Source: Eledone cirrhosa (Eukaryota). From it: a stretch of DNA of 64,000 nt. The notes beneath the pieces are model-generated. The model saw only the letters and a list, made by a program, of their open reading frames with translations, ran no database searches and was not told where the DNA came from. A program made the translations under genes and the position numbers. The stretch is taken from NCBI GenBank assembly GCA_964016885.1, contig CAXHJY010000725.1:93021-157020 (forward strand). Reading direction: 5' to 3'. Each line of letters opens with the position of its first letter. The stretch's first letter is position 1. Positions 31,242 through 44,934 of the stretch are shown here, piece after piece.

Positions 31242-31312
31242 TATTTTATTATGCGCATTTCAAAAACAAATATCATCATGCAATAACATTTGTGTTTTCA
31301 TCAGATAAAATA
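31242..31312 (-). ncRNA. Type I hammerhead in the 5' direct repeat
   Basis: Same motif as 27656-27726. Confidence 0.85.
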
Positions 31313-31758
31313 GGAAGACTCCATCGCACATATTATTAAACCCTTAAATATTATTCTTAATACATATTAACAATTTCTTTTCATCGCACATATTATTAAA
31401 CCTTTCAATATACAAACTTTAACTTTACATTATTTTTCTCTTCGTTAATTTTCAAATTCTTTTAATTTATACATTATCTTCCAACGGTTTTTCAACCTCT
31501 GTATGTAAAACAATATACTTTTCTCAGTTATAAAAGCTATCTCTCTCTCTCTATCACCCATCTCTCCTCCTATCTCATCCTTCCTCATTATACTCCTCCC
31601 CCTCCACTCTTTACTCTCATCTCCTCCTCTTTTCATCCCCCCCCCCCTCAACATTTTTTTCTCCCTAATATCTCACATCAATCTAAAACTATTTTTGATA
31701 TGTTGATTTAAAACTGCACTATCCACAAGTGTTTTTTAACCTTCATATCATGTCTTCC

Positions 31759-31829
31759 TATTTTATCTGATGAAAAGACAAATGTTATTGCATGATGCTA
31801 TTTGTTTTTGAAATGCGCATAATAAAATA
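31759..31829 (+). ncRNA. Type I hammerhead in the inverted repeat
   Basis: tattttat-CTGATGA-aaagacaaat..atttgttttt-GAAA-tgcgca-TA-ataaaata; palindromic stem III ATGCGCAT. Confidence 0.88.
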
Positions 31830-31859
31830 CATGGAACTCTTTTAACCATCTTTTGTTCT

Positions 31860-31907
<48 letters not shown>

Positions 31908-31908
31908 G

Positions 31909-31973
<65 letters not shown>

Positions 31974-32043
31974 ATATATTTATATATTTGTATATACTCT
32001 TTTACTCTTTTACCTGTTTCAGCCATCCGGCTGAGGCCATTTG

Positions 32044-32140
<97 letters not shown>

Positions 32141-32327
32141 AATAACTAACAAAAGTTTACATGCCAACACAAGAGCAAGAATGAGGGGCTCATTCCATTG
32201 ACATGGCTTAAAAAAGAGGGTTGTTGGCATAATTGCAAACGAATCGAATATTATTACTATTAATATTTGAAAAACACAGATTACACACATATATGTAATA
32301 TATATATGTATATATATATATATAAGT

Positions 32328-32540
32328 GAAGGCGTGTGGCTGAGTGGTTAGAGAATTGGATTTGCAATCGTGAGGTTGTGAGTTCGATTCCCGGACCGGG
32401 CGGTGCGTTATGTCCTTGAACAAGACACTTTATTTCACGTTGCTCCTTCTACCTGGAGTTGCGACCGATAGACAGTATAAGCAATTGGAAGGACCAATGG
32501 AAACATTGTTTCCTCGGTCCGATTTGACGAAAGTCGATCG
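32328..32540 (+). mobile_element. tRNA-derived SINE family 2 (V-domain-like)
   Basis: A box TGGCTGAGTGG, B box GAGTTCGATTCCC, TGTCCTTGAACAAGACACTT core. Confidence 0.85.
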
Positions 32541-32603
32541 TTCCTTTTATAGATATCTTCTCGATCCACATACCAAAACAAAAAATATATCTTTTGTCGC
32601 ATC

Positions 32604-32700
32604 ACCAGTCTGAGAAGCAGATCGATATTGGAGTCGGGTCTGGGTCCATAACTTTTATGGTCCCCTTGAGCCAATGCTCTGCGAAACGCGCGTAACAGGT
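32604..32700 (+). ncRNA. Hammerhead-like motif with long stem II (C3/A8 mismatch)
   Basis: accagt-CTGAGAA-gcaga..tctgc-GAAA-cgcgcg-TA-acaggt. Confidence 0.65.
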
Positions 32701-32824
32701 CGATACGCAATAAATAATTTTTATATGTAATCGAAACTTCCTCGTTTTTCTACTACTACTAATACTACTACCACACACTCATATATATATATGTATATAT
32801 ATATATAAATATATATGTATATAA

Positions 32825-32973
32825 GACCTGCCAACCTCTAAAAACCCAAACGAGGAGTACCATGAAAAAAAGTGCCCCAAAATGGGGAGATTTTACATAA
32901 CATAATGAAAGCTATATTCATTTTCACAAGAAAAAACATCGTCCCTGTCGGACGGGTAGAGTTGACAGGTCTG
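32825..32973 (+). mobile_element. MITE, internally deleted copy
   Basis: AGACCTGCCAAC...GTTGACAGGTCTG. Confidence 0.8.
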
Positions 32974-32978
32974 ATATA

Positions 32979-33097
<119 letters not shown>

Positions 33098-33310
33098 GTG
33101 CGTGTGTGTGTGTGTATGTATATATATAGAGAGAGTGGAGGAGGGGAGAACACTTCAAATAGACCCAACTGAAGGACCAATTATTGAAACTGACAGCTAT
33201 AAGGCCGGAATGGCCCACGTGCTAGTCACTCCCGTCATACTCAATCAGGAAATCTAGAAAGCGGGTGGAGTGGGGTTAATATTCAATGACTAGTGTATCA
33301 TCACCATCCC

Positions 33311-33362
<52 letters not shown>

Positions 33363-33363
<1 letters not shown>

Positions 33364-33761
33364 GTTACGAGAAGATCAAAAGATATGGTGTAAGGAAAAC
33401 TTTATTACAACAGAAGCATCAGTCACACTGGTCTCTAGATCTAGATCTATTGCTCTTGCTTGATGGCTCTGGGGTTTTCCTAATGAGTAGTCCCAGAGGC
33501 GTCATCATGGGTAGAACTGAAACCTTGTGGGTCTGGCCTTGTCGTGGCGAGGAGGTCTGCGTGTTTCGCAGATCCGAGACAGCGTTACAGTCTGGAGCTT
33601 TGCTTCTGGTAAAGCCTCCTTTGGCGGGCCTGTTTCCCAAGAAGGTTCCAGACTAATGGTGATCCGCGGCATGTCGGCTCGTCACCAGGATGGTACCCCC
33701 CTCCCCATCCACTATTCTGCAGAGGGCCAATAATCCCTTCCCCCAGGAGAATATCTCAACT
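33363..33761 (-). mobile_element. Possible solo LTR
   Basis: About 400 bp, GC-richer than flanks, AGTT...AACT inverted termini, AATAAA near the minus-strand 3' end; no TSD seen. Confidence 0.35.
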
Positions 33762-34559
33762 TGTTACGACAACGATAAGAAGAAATCGGAGCGCCCAACA
33801 CCGGACATCGGAACCGACCCCTGCATGTCCCCGATCAAGGAGAAATCTATCTACGCCACAAGATTCATGTTGCCACGTGGAATGTCCAATCGCTCCTTCG
33901 CCCCGGGGCAGCCATTCTGCTATTTTCTAATCAAACTGATGGAATGAGTTAATAAAGTAACAGAAAGAGTCATAAAGCACAACCAATTCTGAAGAAACTC
34001 AGCTTATATGAGATATACTAACAGATCTTGAATAACCACCCGCTTATTAAATCTTCAGATCCCTCACCCCTCTGCTATTATTCTACTCCCCGCCCGGCTT
34101 ATCAAATTTTGCTAATCTGCATCCAGCGAAATTCTATTGTAAAGTGATTCATATTGATACATCAGCTGGAGAATCTAAACATTATTTTATTTTACATTAA
34201 AAAAAAAACATTATATATGACAAAAAAAGATTACAAGAAATCCCATATTTACGAATGTACACTAAACAATTACCCCCCCCCCCCCTTCACTTTCATTCTC
34301 CCCACCCCGCTTATATGAATTTAAGCAAATGTCCACCCCACCTATTATTTGCGACCTGAGAGTAGTTCGAATTTGATGTACAATATTGTTACTTAACCCT
34401 TTCTGTACCTTATAGTACTAACACATATAGAAACTTGTTGAAAAATCTCTCTGTATGGTGATACACTCCCATTCTATATGTATTTAGATATATTCTCATG
34501 GTAGAACATCTTGACATAGAAGTATATAGCAAGATACTACAACATATTCTTAGTCTGAA

Positions 34560-34690
34560 GGCAACGAATTAGCAGAGACGTTAGAAAGTCGGATAGAATG
34601 TTTTGCGGTGTTCTCTGAGTTAAAATTCCGCCATGGTCAACTTTGCCTTTTATCCGTTTGAAGTCAATAAAAAAGTACCAGTCTAGTAAT
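34560..34690 (+). mobile_element. Diverged SINE family 1
   Basis: GAGTTAAATTCCGCC..GTCAACTTTGCCTTTTATCC..AGTACCAG. Confidence 0.7.
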
Positions 34691-34769
34691 GGGCCGATTC
34701 TTACTCTATATCTCTTTCTCATTTCCATTCTCTCTATCCTTCTCTGGAATAAATCAGCTGTATTCAGAC

Positions 34770-34871
34770 CTTGAGAAGAGATGAGCTCCACCATGTTTCA
34801 AAAATACCCTAGAAACACCATATGTCAATATGAAATCCCTACGACTCCATGATTTCTTAGTCTGGCAACAG
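34770..34871 (-). CDS. Candidate host exon CCQTKKSWSRRDFILTYGVSRVFLKHGGAHLFS
   Basis: Strong acceptor ttttatttttttctttacttccag|; only one frame is open; donor is weak (AG|gtctga). Confidence 0.35.
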
Positions 34872-35156
34872 CTGGAAGTAAAGAAAAAAATAAAATCGTT
34901 TCAACGAGTAAGTTATCAGATCTAGCATTGGTTGAGCTGAAGAAGACGCTGACGTGTTTACTCTGTTCAATAGTCAGTTTGGTTCTGAGTAAGAAAATTA
35001 TCTGTTGATGAATATCTCGTGAGAGTCGTGAAAACAATAAATATATTGAGATGCCATTGTTCTTCATGTTTATGTTCCCTTTACCTTGAAATGTATATAT
35101 ATATATATATATATATGCACAAACACACATTTATTTATATGTATATATAAAATTAG

Positions 35157-35242
<86 letters not shown>

Positions 35243-35437
35243 TGTAATAAACAACATAAGGCAATTATTTCATTTATCAGTGGTTTATTAAAAGCAAACA
35301 AAGTCTGCTTTCAATCATCAGAATGAAAAAACTTGGTGTATTTATTGACATTGGATTTTAAAAACAAAAATATAATCTATATGAAAGTGAGGCTGGAAAA
35401 GGAAGAAGGAAAGGAAAAATAAACACACACGCACACG

Positions 35438-35481
<44 letters not shown>

Positions 35482-35613
35482 TATATACATACACATATAT
35501 ATATATACATACACACACACATATATATGTGTATATATATATACATACACATACATACATACACACATAATTATCAGCATATCCATACATACACATACAA
35601 GTACAGAAACGTG

Positions 35614-35655
<42 letters not shown>

Positions 35656-36199
35656 TGCATATATATATATATATATACATAAACATATATATATATATAT
35701 ACATAAACATATATATATATATACATACATACATACACACACATACATATATATACACACATATATATATACATACACATACATATACATACATATATAC
35801 ATACACATACATACATACATACACACAATCATATATATATACACACGTACATACATGCACATACATACACACATATATACACGCATACATACGCATGCAC
35901 AAATATAGAAATATGTACACACACCTACATACTCACACACACAAATATATATAAACAAATATATAATAATTCTAAAAATACCGTCACATGAGAATAAAAA
36001 AATATAAATGTTGACAGCGATACAGGCAACAAATAAATGAACAAACACACGTGGTAAGCAATACACACAATTGCACGTACACATACATACGTAAAAATAA
36101 ATACGTACACACACTCTCACACATACACATACATATACAAATACATATACGCATACACATATACATATACGCACACACATATAAATATATACACACACA

Positions 36200-36232
<33 letters not shown>

Positions 36233-36236
<4 letters not shown>

Positions 36237-37230
36237 GGAAAAAATGAAACGAAATTTCATTTCCCACTCTTAGTACGGCTGTTACTTAACTATAAGTATG
36301 TACATGTACATACATATATGTATACAGACGTACAGTAGTATGTATATATATATACATACATACACACATATATATATATGTACATATGGATTCACCGAAC
36401 ATTTATTATAATGCTCGGTGTGTTTGTAAAGAAACATCCCGTATTAAGCCGTATTTTCGGTGCACCCGGCCGATTAACCCACTCGATATGCAAATTGGGC
36501 TACTCAGCCGTTAATATGCATAAGGTAAGTATATACGTTCAACAATCTGGGAGGAAGGTATTCGTTGCTGACGATAGCTAATAAGCTTGAAACTAGTACA
36601 GCGTTCCTTTGTCAGTGTTGAACAAACGAGCAACGATTGTTGCTAGACACTACGGCTTAATACGGGATGTTTGTTTACAAACACACCGAGCATTATAATA
36701 AATGTTCGGTGAATCCATACGTATATATATATATGTGTGCATGTATGTATATATATATACATACTACTGTACGTCTGTATACATATATGTATGTACATGT
36801 ACATACTTATAGTTAAGTAACAGCCGTACTAAGAATAGGAAATGAAATTTCGTTTCATTTTTTCCGTTTATCGTTTTCGGTGCACCCGGCCGATTAACCC
36901 ACTCGATATGCAAATTGGGCTACTCAGCCGTTAATATGCATAAGGTAAGTATATACGTTCAACAATCTGCCAGGAAGGTATACGTTGATGACGATAGCTA
37001 ATAAGCTTGAAACTAGTACAGCGTTCCTTTGTCAGTGTTGAACAAACGAGCAACGATGGTTGCTAGACACTATGGCTTAATACGGGATGTTTGTTTACAA
37101 ACACACCGAGCATTATGATAAATGTTCGGTGAATCCATACGTACATATATATATATATGTGTGCATGTATGTATATATATATACATACTACTGTACGTCT
37201 GTATACATATATGTATGTACATGTACATAC
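36233..37230 (+). mobile_element. Family E non-coding element: inverted 3' end plus 420-bp tandem units with hammerhead
   Basis: 36233-36453 is the inverse of 36651-36869; unit 36454-36873 is repeated from 36874; the 3' end also occurs at 62199-62381. Confidence 0.88.
36563..36603 (+). ncRNA. Minimal type I hammerhead
   Basis: cgttg-CTGACGA-t-agct-aata-agct-t-GAAA-ctag-TA-cagcg; second copy at 36983-37023 has C3 to A. Confidence 0.88.
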
Positions 37231-37377
37231 ATATATATATATATATATATATACATACTTACATATCCATACATACACATACATATCACGAACACATACA
37301 TACAAATACAAACATACACATATGTATGTGTGTAAAACTCATTCTTAGATATATTCATATGAACCTTGTTTAACTCT

Positions 37378-37415
<38 letters not shown>

Positions 37416-37781
37416 CATACATACACATATATACATATACATATATATATATACCTACACACACATATACATACACATACGTATGCAAACTTACATACAC
37501 ACACACACACATATATAATTATATATATATATATAAGAAAAAACATAAATATTATATATATAAATATTGTATATATAAAAATAAAAATAAAAATAAAAAT
37601 AAAAATAAAAATACAAATAAAAAGTTGGGAATACGACAAATAATAAATAAAAAAATTATTAGACAAGGGTATACATGTTTATAGCTGGTTTAGAGCACTC
37701 AACAAGTTCCTGGAGCAAATGATCAATGAAAATAAGCATTAAATAACTGTATGTAATTATGCATATACATACACAATACAA

Positions 37782-37826
<45 letters not shown>

Positions 37827-38210
37827 CACACACAAACACAACCACAGAAATACACACACACATACATATACGTATATATATACACACACATAGGAAAAAG
37901 TCTGACCCCACGGCAGAGCTCAAGCCGTTTCTGAGGCTATTATATATATACACACAAAACCATTATAAAAAATACATATACACGCACAAATATACACACG
38001 CCCACACACACACATTAAATCTATATATACACACAACCATACACACATATATATACATATATATATACATATATATATATTTACATATATATATATACAC
38101 ACACACGCACAAATACAACAGAAGCATATAATATACAATTATATATACATATGCATATACATACAGATAAATAAACATACATACACACACATATACATAC
38201 ACATATTTAT

Positions 38211-38248
<38 letters not shown>

Positions 38249-38486
38249 ACATACACATATACACACATATACGCAACACACACGCACACACGGACAAAAA
38301 AAATATTTAAAAATAAAAAAATTGGGTATGTGAAGGGTAAGGCAGAAAGTAGGGGGGGGGGGAATAAATGACATAGGAAAAGGTTTAAATATGAGGGGAG
38401 ATAAGGGAGAAAGAGAATACGAGAGTACAGAACGTGGATTCAGCAGGTAAAAAAACCGTAGTGGAAGTAAAGAGCAGAGAAGGAGT

Positions 38487-39828
38487 TCAAGGTGGTTGAG
38501 TTATCGTAGTAATGTCAATCCAGTTGCAGATCAGATGTGATTTCAGGTGAGGACAACATCTGAAGATCTCGGTCTTTGAGTTCAGGCAAGCAGAAGTGGC
38601 TTTCAAGTTTTGTAAAATCCTATATTTTTCCGTGGTACACAAAACAATTTTTGTGCCCCTTTGGTACTCCTTCGAATGGTCTAAAATAGACCAATCGATA
38701 GAGTACGGGATGTTTTTATCCTTGAATTCCCACACCTTACTTGCGAGGGCCGTTGCTGTTCTTTTATCGGGGTGCTTAAAAGAAGCGACATGTGCATACA
38801 ATCTGGTTTTAAACCTGTCCTGGGTCATGCCAACATATCGCTCACTCCAGGCTGGCTGGTTGTTGATTAAAGGTGTCACTTTGGCCTCATAAACAACGGA
38901 TTTGGTGTTACATTTGCCCTGTAATGGGCATTCATCCGGCTTCCTGCAACTGATTCCTGGATTTGTTCTCGTATGATTTGAATTAGTGATCTTAGACTTC
39001 ATTGATGTGCAGCAAGAGTAACTGATCTTAACTACATTTCTATTAAATAATCTATGATTAGGAGGAAAATGTTTATCTAAGAGGTCAAGGAATTTCCTTC
39101 CTAAATTAGTTTTGACAGTTAGAGAGCAGGGGGTGTAAACAAAATAATTTTCCTTTTCCTATTATTGTGGTTAGTTTTAAGGGGTAGGTAAATAATTAAT
39201 TTGTTCTGTAAATCCGCTGTTATTAAAGGCTTTATTATAATAAGGGGCGGCTTTATTAAAAATGTCTAGAGACGAAGATAAGGTAGGAATTCTACGGTTA
39301 ATGTTGGGAATAAGATTTTAAAAAACTATAGGGGGATGACAAGACTCTTTGTGTATATATCTAAGATTTTCGTTAGGTTTATGATAAGGTTTAAAAGAGA
39401 CAGTAAGTAGATCAAGATTAATGTCAAGAAAGTTAGCATTGGTAAGGTTCGTATCTATAGTAATTTTAAGGTTAAGATTAGCAAAAATATTGATTAAATC
39501 TTTACGGAATTTATCAAGGTTATGGCCGTTGGTGGTATGAGAAACTGCCAATCGGTCATCACGGTATAAACTGATATTATGGGAAGGAAATTTATCTTTG
39601 AGGGTGTTGAGAAGGAATAATCCTACTAAGTCACACACATCCGCACTGTCATATAAACCCATTGCAACATCAAAAGAGTTTTCAGGGTTTGACTTTTTAA
39701 CCCAAATACTTTCATTAGTAAAGAGAAGAGTTTTTTTTAGCATAATGTCTTCTTCTAATTTAGAAATATTAATGAAGGGTCTTGCAAACTCTAAGGCATT
39801 AGTTAATAAGGAAACAGCAATAGAGGGG

Positions 39829-39830
<2 letters not shown>
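38487..39830 (-). pseudogene. 5'-truncated Naiad-like PLE, RT and GIY-YIG
   Basis: FDVAMGLYDSADVCDLVGL, LYRDD, NFLDINL, SCHPP; SCRKPDECPLQGKC, VVYEAKV, YVGMT..FKTRLYAH; frameshifts; 3' UTR extends to about 37660. Confidence 0.92.
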
Positions 39831-39892
<62 letters not shown>

Positions 39893-39957
39893 AGTGTAAA
39901 GTGTGCAGTTACTGTAGGTTCAGCCAGGTGAGCACTCGATGTCATTACCAAAGCAGA

Positions 39958-40042
39958 GGTCCGACGAGCTTTTGATTCCAGAGACGGGCCGGATCGATAC
40001 AGATCGCACCTTGAGCTGATCAATAGCGAAACGCGCATTACC
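39958..40042 (+). ncRNA. Hammerhead-like motif (CCGACGA core, long stem II)
   Basis: ggt-CCGACGA-gcttttgat..atcaatagc-GAAA-cgcgca-TT-acc. Confidence 0.5.
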
Positions 40043-40096
40043 AATCAATAAATGTAATGAAAACATAACAAATCGTCCTTGTATTATTATCAATAT

Positions 40097-40191
<95 letters not shown>

Positions 40192-40380
40192 ATATAGTAA
40201 TAATCAGATTTCGTTAGGGGTAATTGAAGAATATATCAACATGCAATGGTTTTTGAATCGACAGGTGAAAAGTTTATCAAGTGTTTCCGATGTTGTCATA
40301 TTCATGTTACAGGGAATTGGCAGTATCGGACGCCATGCTATGCAGCATCGAGTTACGCTCCTTTATGGTCTGAGTTCAAA

Positions 40381-41320
40381 TCGTATGTATGTAACAAACG
40401 TATGTATGTATGACAGCCGTATGTATGTCACAAACTTTTGGCAAAGCGGCTAGCTCAAACAGCACCAAATTTGCACCATAGATGTAACTTTTTCCAAGGA
40501 AGAAAGTGTGGGTATTTTTGTCTACTAAATTTCGTTATTATTGATTAAAGATATTTTGTTTATCTAAAGATTCACTTCTTTAAAATGTTCAAATGTCAAC
40601 ACTTCCGGTTAGCGATCGCTTAAATAAACATTCATATATTTTGCAGTTTATATATAATATTGACTTTTTTTTAAATGTATCATGGATTAAATTTCTGTGT
40701 ATATTATCAATCACTATCTATTTTAATAAAGCTGAGTACGTATATATATCCGTATCCCATACCCCTATTTAAATGTGTGTGTGTGCGTGTATATATGTAT
40801 ATGTATATATATATGTATATGTATATATATATAAGTATATATGTATATACATAATATATATAATACAACATGCCTCTCTCTTTCTTACTCTGTCTTTTTA
40901 GATAGATACATAGCTATAACATCGCGCTTATAATATCTGTCTGTATGTCTGCATTGACTTCGCTTCTAACCAACTTTTAATTAATTATATATATATATAT
41001 ATAATTATATATTCGAGTACATATTTTCAACAGTAATACTGTACTATATATTTTCAACATTAATACTATACTATATTATATATTTTCAACAGTAATACTG
41101 TACTATATATTTTCAACAGTGATATTATATTATATATTTTCAACAGTAATACTGTACTATATATTTCCAACAGTAATACTATACTATACTATATATTTTC
41201 AACAGTAATACTGTACTATATATTTTCAGCAGTAATACTATACTATACTATATATTTTCAACAGTGATACTATACTACACAGACGGCTTATCGTCTGTTT
41301 ATCCAAGCGAAGCTAGGTAC

Positions 41321-41406
<86 letters not shown>

Positions 41407-41458
41407 TGCCGTAGAACAGGCCAATGGTAGCCGGGCGCCAGCCGGACGGGTCAGCTAG
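40381..41458 (+). mobile_element. Non-autonomous Helitron following a truncated SINE head (40317-40380)
   Basis: 40420-40610 is the inverse of 16115-16295; 40900-40950 matches 16000-16065; 3' CCGGGCGCCAGCCGG hairpin followed by CTAG|T. Confidence 0.7.
41019..41278. repeat. 27-33 bp minisatellite (tatattttcaacagtaatactgtac), about 9 copies
   Basis: Directly visible. Confidence 0.92.
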
Positions 41459-42243
41459 TTATATTATATTTTGTATATATACCCGTGTGTTGTTGATGGA
41501 CAAAAAAATACCGAAGTGGAGTTTATATATGTATATATGTGTATGTAAGTACAGGGCTGGATTCTTAAATCTATCCTGTTTATTAGTTCATTATAGTTCT
41601 CTGGACCTTTATAGAAGCGGCGATAACTCTTAACCGTAGCCGAAAAATTATAGAAGAAAAAAAAAAGAAATTGCAAATGTGGTAGCTAAGTTTAATATCG
41701 AGTAAACCTATCACAGACAAACATTTTAATTAGAAGAAAGATGACACAAGCCTGCTGTCATCTGAGAAGTGGTCATGCTCTATATACAGAAAAAAGGGGT
41801 AGCAAGGAATGTCGTACAGTATAGCCGATTTAAACTCAAGAGCAGTCAATAGTAAAGTAAGAGAACCCATAAAATAAATTCTTTCAAATTCTTCCTAGAG
41901 TCCATAGAATCCCTAGAAAAATAAAATAACATAATATAAAATAAAACGAAATAAAATAAAAATAATAGCTTCAGTTCCTTAGATGACGTAGTTAGCAAGA
42001 TAGGAATGCGTTCCGATACCCTAGTAGCCAGAGTAAAGAACGGCATGGTAAAAAGTTGAGTGAATTATTACCTCAACTAGCCTCTCGCTGAATAAAAAGG
42101 AAAATGTATAAATGTTTATGTATGGAAGTATGATATAGTGTGGTGACGAAACATGGCGGTAGATAAATGTAAAGCATGTACTACAATGGTTGGAATGAAT
42201 TAAGGCAGGCAATCTTTACTGCTCTATTGGATGTGTGACGCTG

Positions 42244-42468
42244 GTGGATTGGCAGTATCGGTAGAGCGTCGGAAACTATGCTTCGCGATATAGAGTTACG
42301 TCCCTTTAGGTCTGGGTTCAAATCCCGCCTAGGTTAGTTTTGCCTTTCATCCTCACGGGGTCGATAAAATAAAGAACCAGTAACACGCTAGGGTCGATAT
42401 TTAATCGACTTTCCCTCTTTAACCTTCAAATCGCTGGCCTTGTTGTGCCTAAAGTAGAAACACTTATT
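42244..42468 (+). mobile_element. SINE family 1 (longer variant)
   Basis: Consensus match with an extra gggtcgat..aatcgact segment. Confidence 0.85.
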
Positions 42469-42619
42469 ATACAACACGAACGACGACGGAGCACAAATGA
42501 GATGAAAAAAAAATGAAAAAAAAATGAAAAAAAAAATGAAAAAAAAAAGAAAAAAAAAATGGAAAAAAAAAAAAAAGATAAATGAGAAAAAAGAGGGTTT
42601 CAGATTTTAGATTTGTACG

Positions 42620-42880
42620 AATGAAAAACTGAACTCGTTGCGGATATATGATGCATTAGAGAAAAATGACAGTTGGGTAAAGAAGAAGCAGCCAATTCAT
42701 AAGTATGGAACCTGTTGGGGAGAGGAAGAAGAAGTTAAGACATGAAAGCTGATCTCAGGATGTTGAACTTCTGACGAAGGAAATGACAAAGGACCGTAGC
42801 AAGTGGCGAGACGCTGTGCTTGAGAAGACCCACCCAACTCGTGCAAGGAAGGAAAAACGGAACGGACGTAAAATGATGAC
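42620..42880 (+). mobile_element. RTE-type LINE 3' end remnant
   Basis: [27 protein letters not shown] followed by a short ..ggacgtaaaatgatga tail. Confidence 0.6.
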
Positions 42881-42974
42881 ACAGAGAGAGAAAGAGAGAG
42901 ACAGACAGACAAACAGACACACACATACAGACACGCGCACACACACACATAAATAGGGGTATGGAATACGGCTT

Positions 42975-43065
42975 TATATATATACACACATTTATATATA
43001 TACATATATATATATATATACATACATATATATATATATAATATATACACATATATAATATATAC

Positions 43066-43096
<31 letters not shown>

Positions 43097-43269
43097 CATA
43101 TATGTATATGTATATATATACGTATATATACATACATATATATACATATATATATACATATATATATACACATATATATAAACATATATATATATATATA
43201 AACATATATATATATATACATATATATATACGTATATATATAAATATATATATATTTACATACATATAC

Positions 43270-43300
<31 letters not shown>

Positions 43301-43977
43301 AACATATATATATATATACATATATATATACGTATATATATAAATATATATATATTTACATACATATACATATATATATATACATATATATACATATATA
43401 TATATATATACATAATTATATACATATATATATACATATATATATACATATATATATATACACATATATATATATATACATATATATCATCTTTATCACC
43501 TTGACCGACCAGTCTGTCGGGCGCCAATCGGCGCCGCTGGTCACAGCACGTCGTGCTGTTTTAGCCGTAAGATAAGGCTGAGTAAACTGTAGCAACGTGA
43601 AATAAAGTGTCTTGCTCAAGGAAACAACACATCACCCGGTCCGAGATTTGAACTCACAACCTTTCGATTGCAAGGCCAATGCTTTAACCACTAAGCCATT
43701 CGCCTTCACACACACATATATATAAATATATATATATGTATACGCATATATATAGAGATATACATATATATATATACATATACATATATATACATATATA
43801 TATACATACATATATATATGCACATATATATATATAAATACATATATATACATATATATATATTCATATATACTTATATATATATACATATACATATATA
43901 TATATATACATATATATATACATATATATATATACACATATATATATACATATATATATATACACATATGTATATAC

Positions 43978-44015
<38 letters not shown>

Positions 44016-44162
44016 GCATATATATACATATATATATACACACACACACATATATATATATATACACACACACACATATATATATATACATACACACACA
44101 TATATATATATATGCATATATATTTATATGAATATATGCATATGTATATATGCATATATATT
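42975..44162. repeat. (TA)n/(CATA) arrays interrupted by a SINE
   Basis: Directly visible. Confidence 0.97.
43486..43708 (-). mobile_element. SINE family 2 variant with a different tail
   Basis: A box TGGCTTAGTGG, B box GAGTTCAAATCTC, TCCTTGAGCAAGACACTT. Confidence 0.8.
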
Positions 44163-44229
44163 AATAAAAGGAATTCCAACTTTGTCTCATTAACTCGTTT
44201 TATTTACAATTCTTTAAAATTATGATGAT

Positions 44230-44918
44230 ATTATAATGAAATAGTATGGTAGAATATTAGCTCTTAAATGTTAATTGAGCAAGTACTTTGATGCTTTCGC
44301 AATCTTCAAGTTCATATTCTGTGGTGATAGTCAAGTTTGCAATTTTCAACTGTATTGAGTTGGCTAAAATTTGTGCCTTATATACAGGAAAAGGGGGCTA
44401 CAGAATGCTAAGTTTTGCAAACTGTATTTCGACCAATCGGTGTGTGGTTTCATTAGATTACTAAAGCTGGTTGGTTTAGGCGTCACGGTCTGTTGAGCAT
44501 GTTTAACGACTTCTATTTGACCCTATCCAAAGCATCAATTGTTTTGCTATTATTAGAAATAAGGAAAATAGCATTTTCTAGGGTTTTTATAAAAAATGTT
44601 CAGTAATCATCATCATCAACATCACTTTTATTATTATTATTATTATTATTATTGTTGTTGTTGTTGTTAGTGGTGGTAGTCGACATGGTCGTAGGCGTAG
44701 TCATATTAGAAGTAATACCCTTAAGCATTATTATTGTTCATTTAGCTTGGGTTGGAATTTATCAATAAAATTCTTTACTTTAATTTTTCTCTTGATTTCA
44801 CTTGGGCTGTCTAGAATGGAAATATTATAAACATTTTCTGACCACATGTTGCTAGATGGTTAATCAGGGGTATCTGACGGACTTTTGGGTCTCTTATTTG
44901 CTGTCGGTGCAAATGCAT
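44230..44918 (-). pseudogene. PLE GIY-YIG C-terminal remnant plus 3' UTR
   Basis: HRQQIRDPKVRQIPLINHLATCGQKMFIIFPF* ... FIDKFQPKLN. Confidence 0.6.
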
Positions 44919-44934
44919 ATATATATATATATTT

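Larger units (their letters stand above)
27530..31866 (-). mobile_element. Near full-length Penelope-like element (Naiad-like) in (TA)n
   Basis: ORF 31034 to 28636; direct repeats 31119-31319 = 27533-27733; inverted copy 31321-31866 of 27617-28173; three hammerheads; (TA)n flanks. Confidence 0.95.

Noticed and set aside
32328-32400. tRNA gene
   Set aside because: A and B boxes continue into a multi-copy SINE body; it is a SINE head.
41019-41278. CRISPR-like regularly repeated unit
   Set aside because: Tandem minisatellite with no unique spacers; eukaryotic context and no cas genes.
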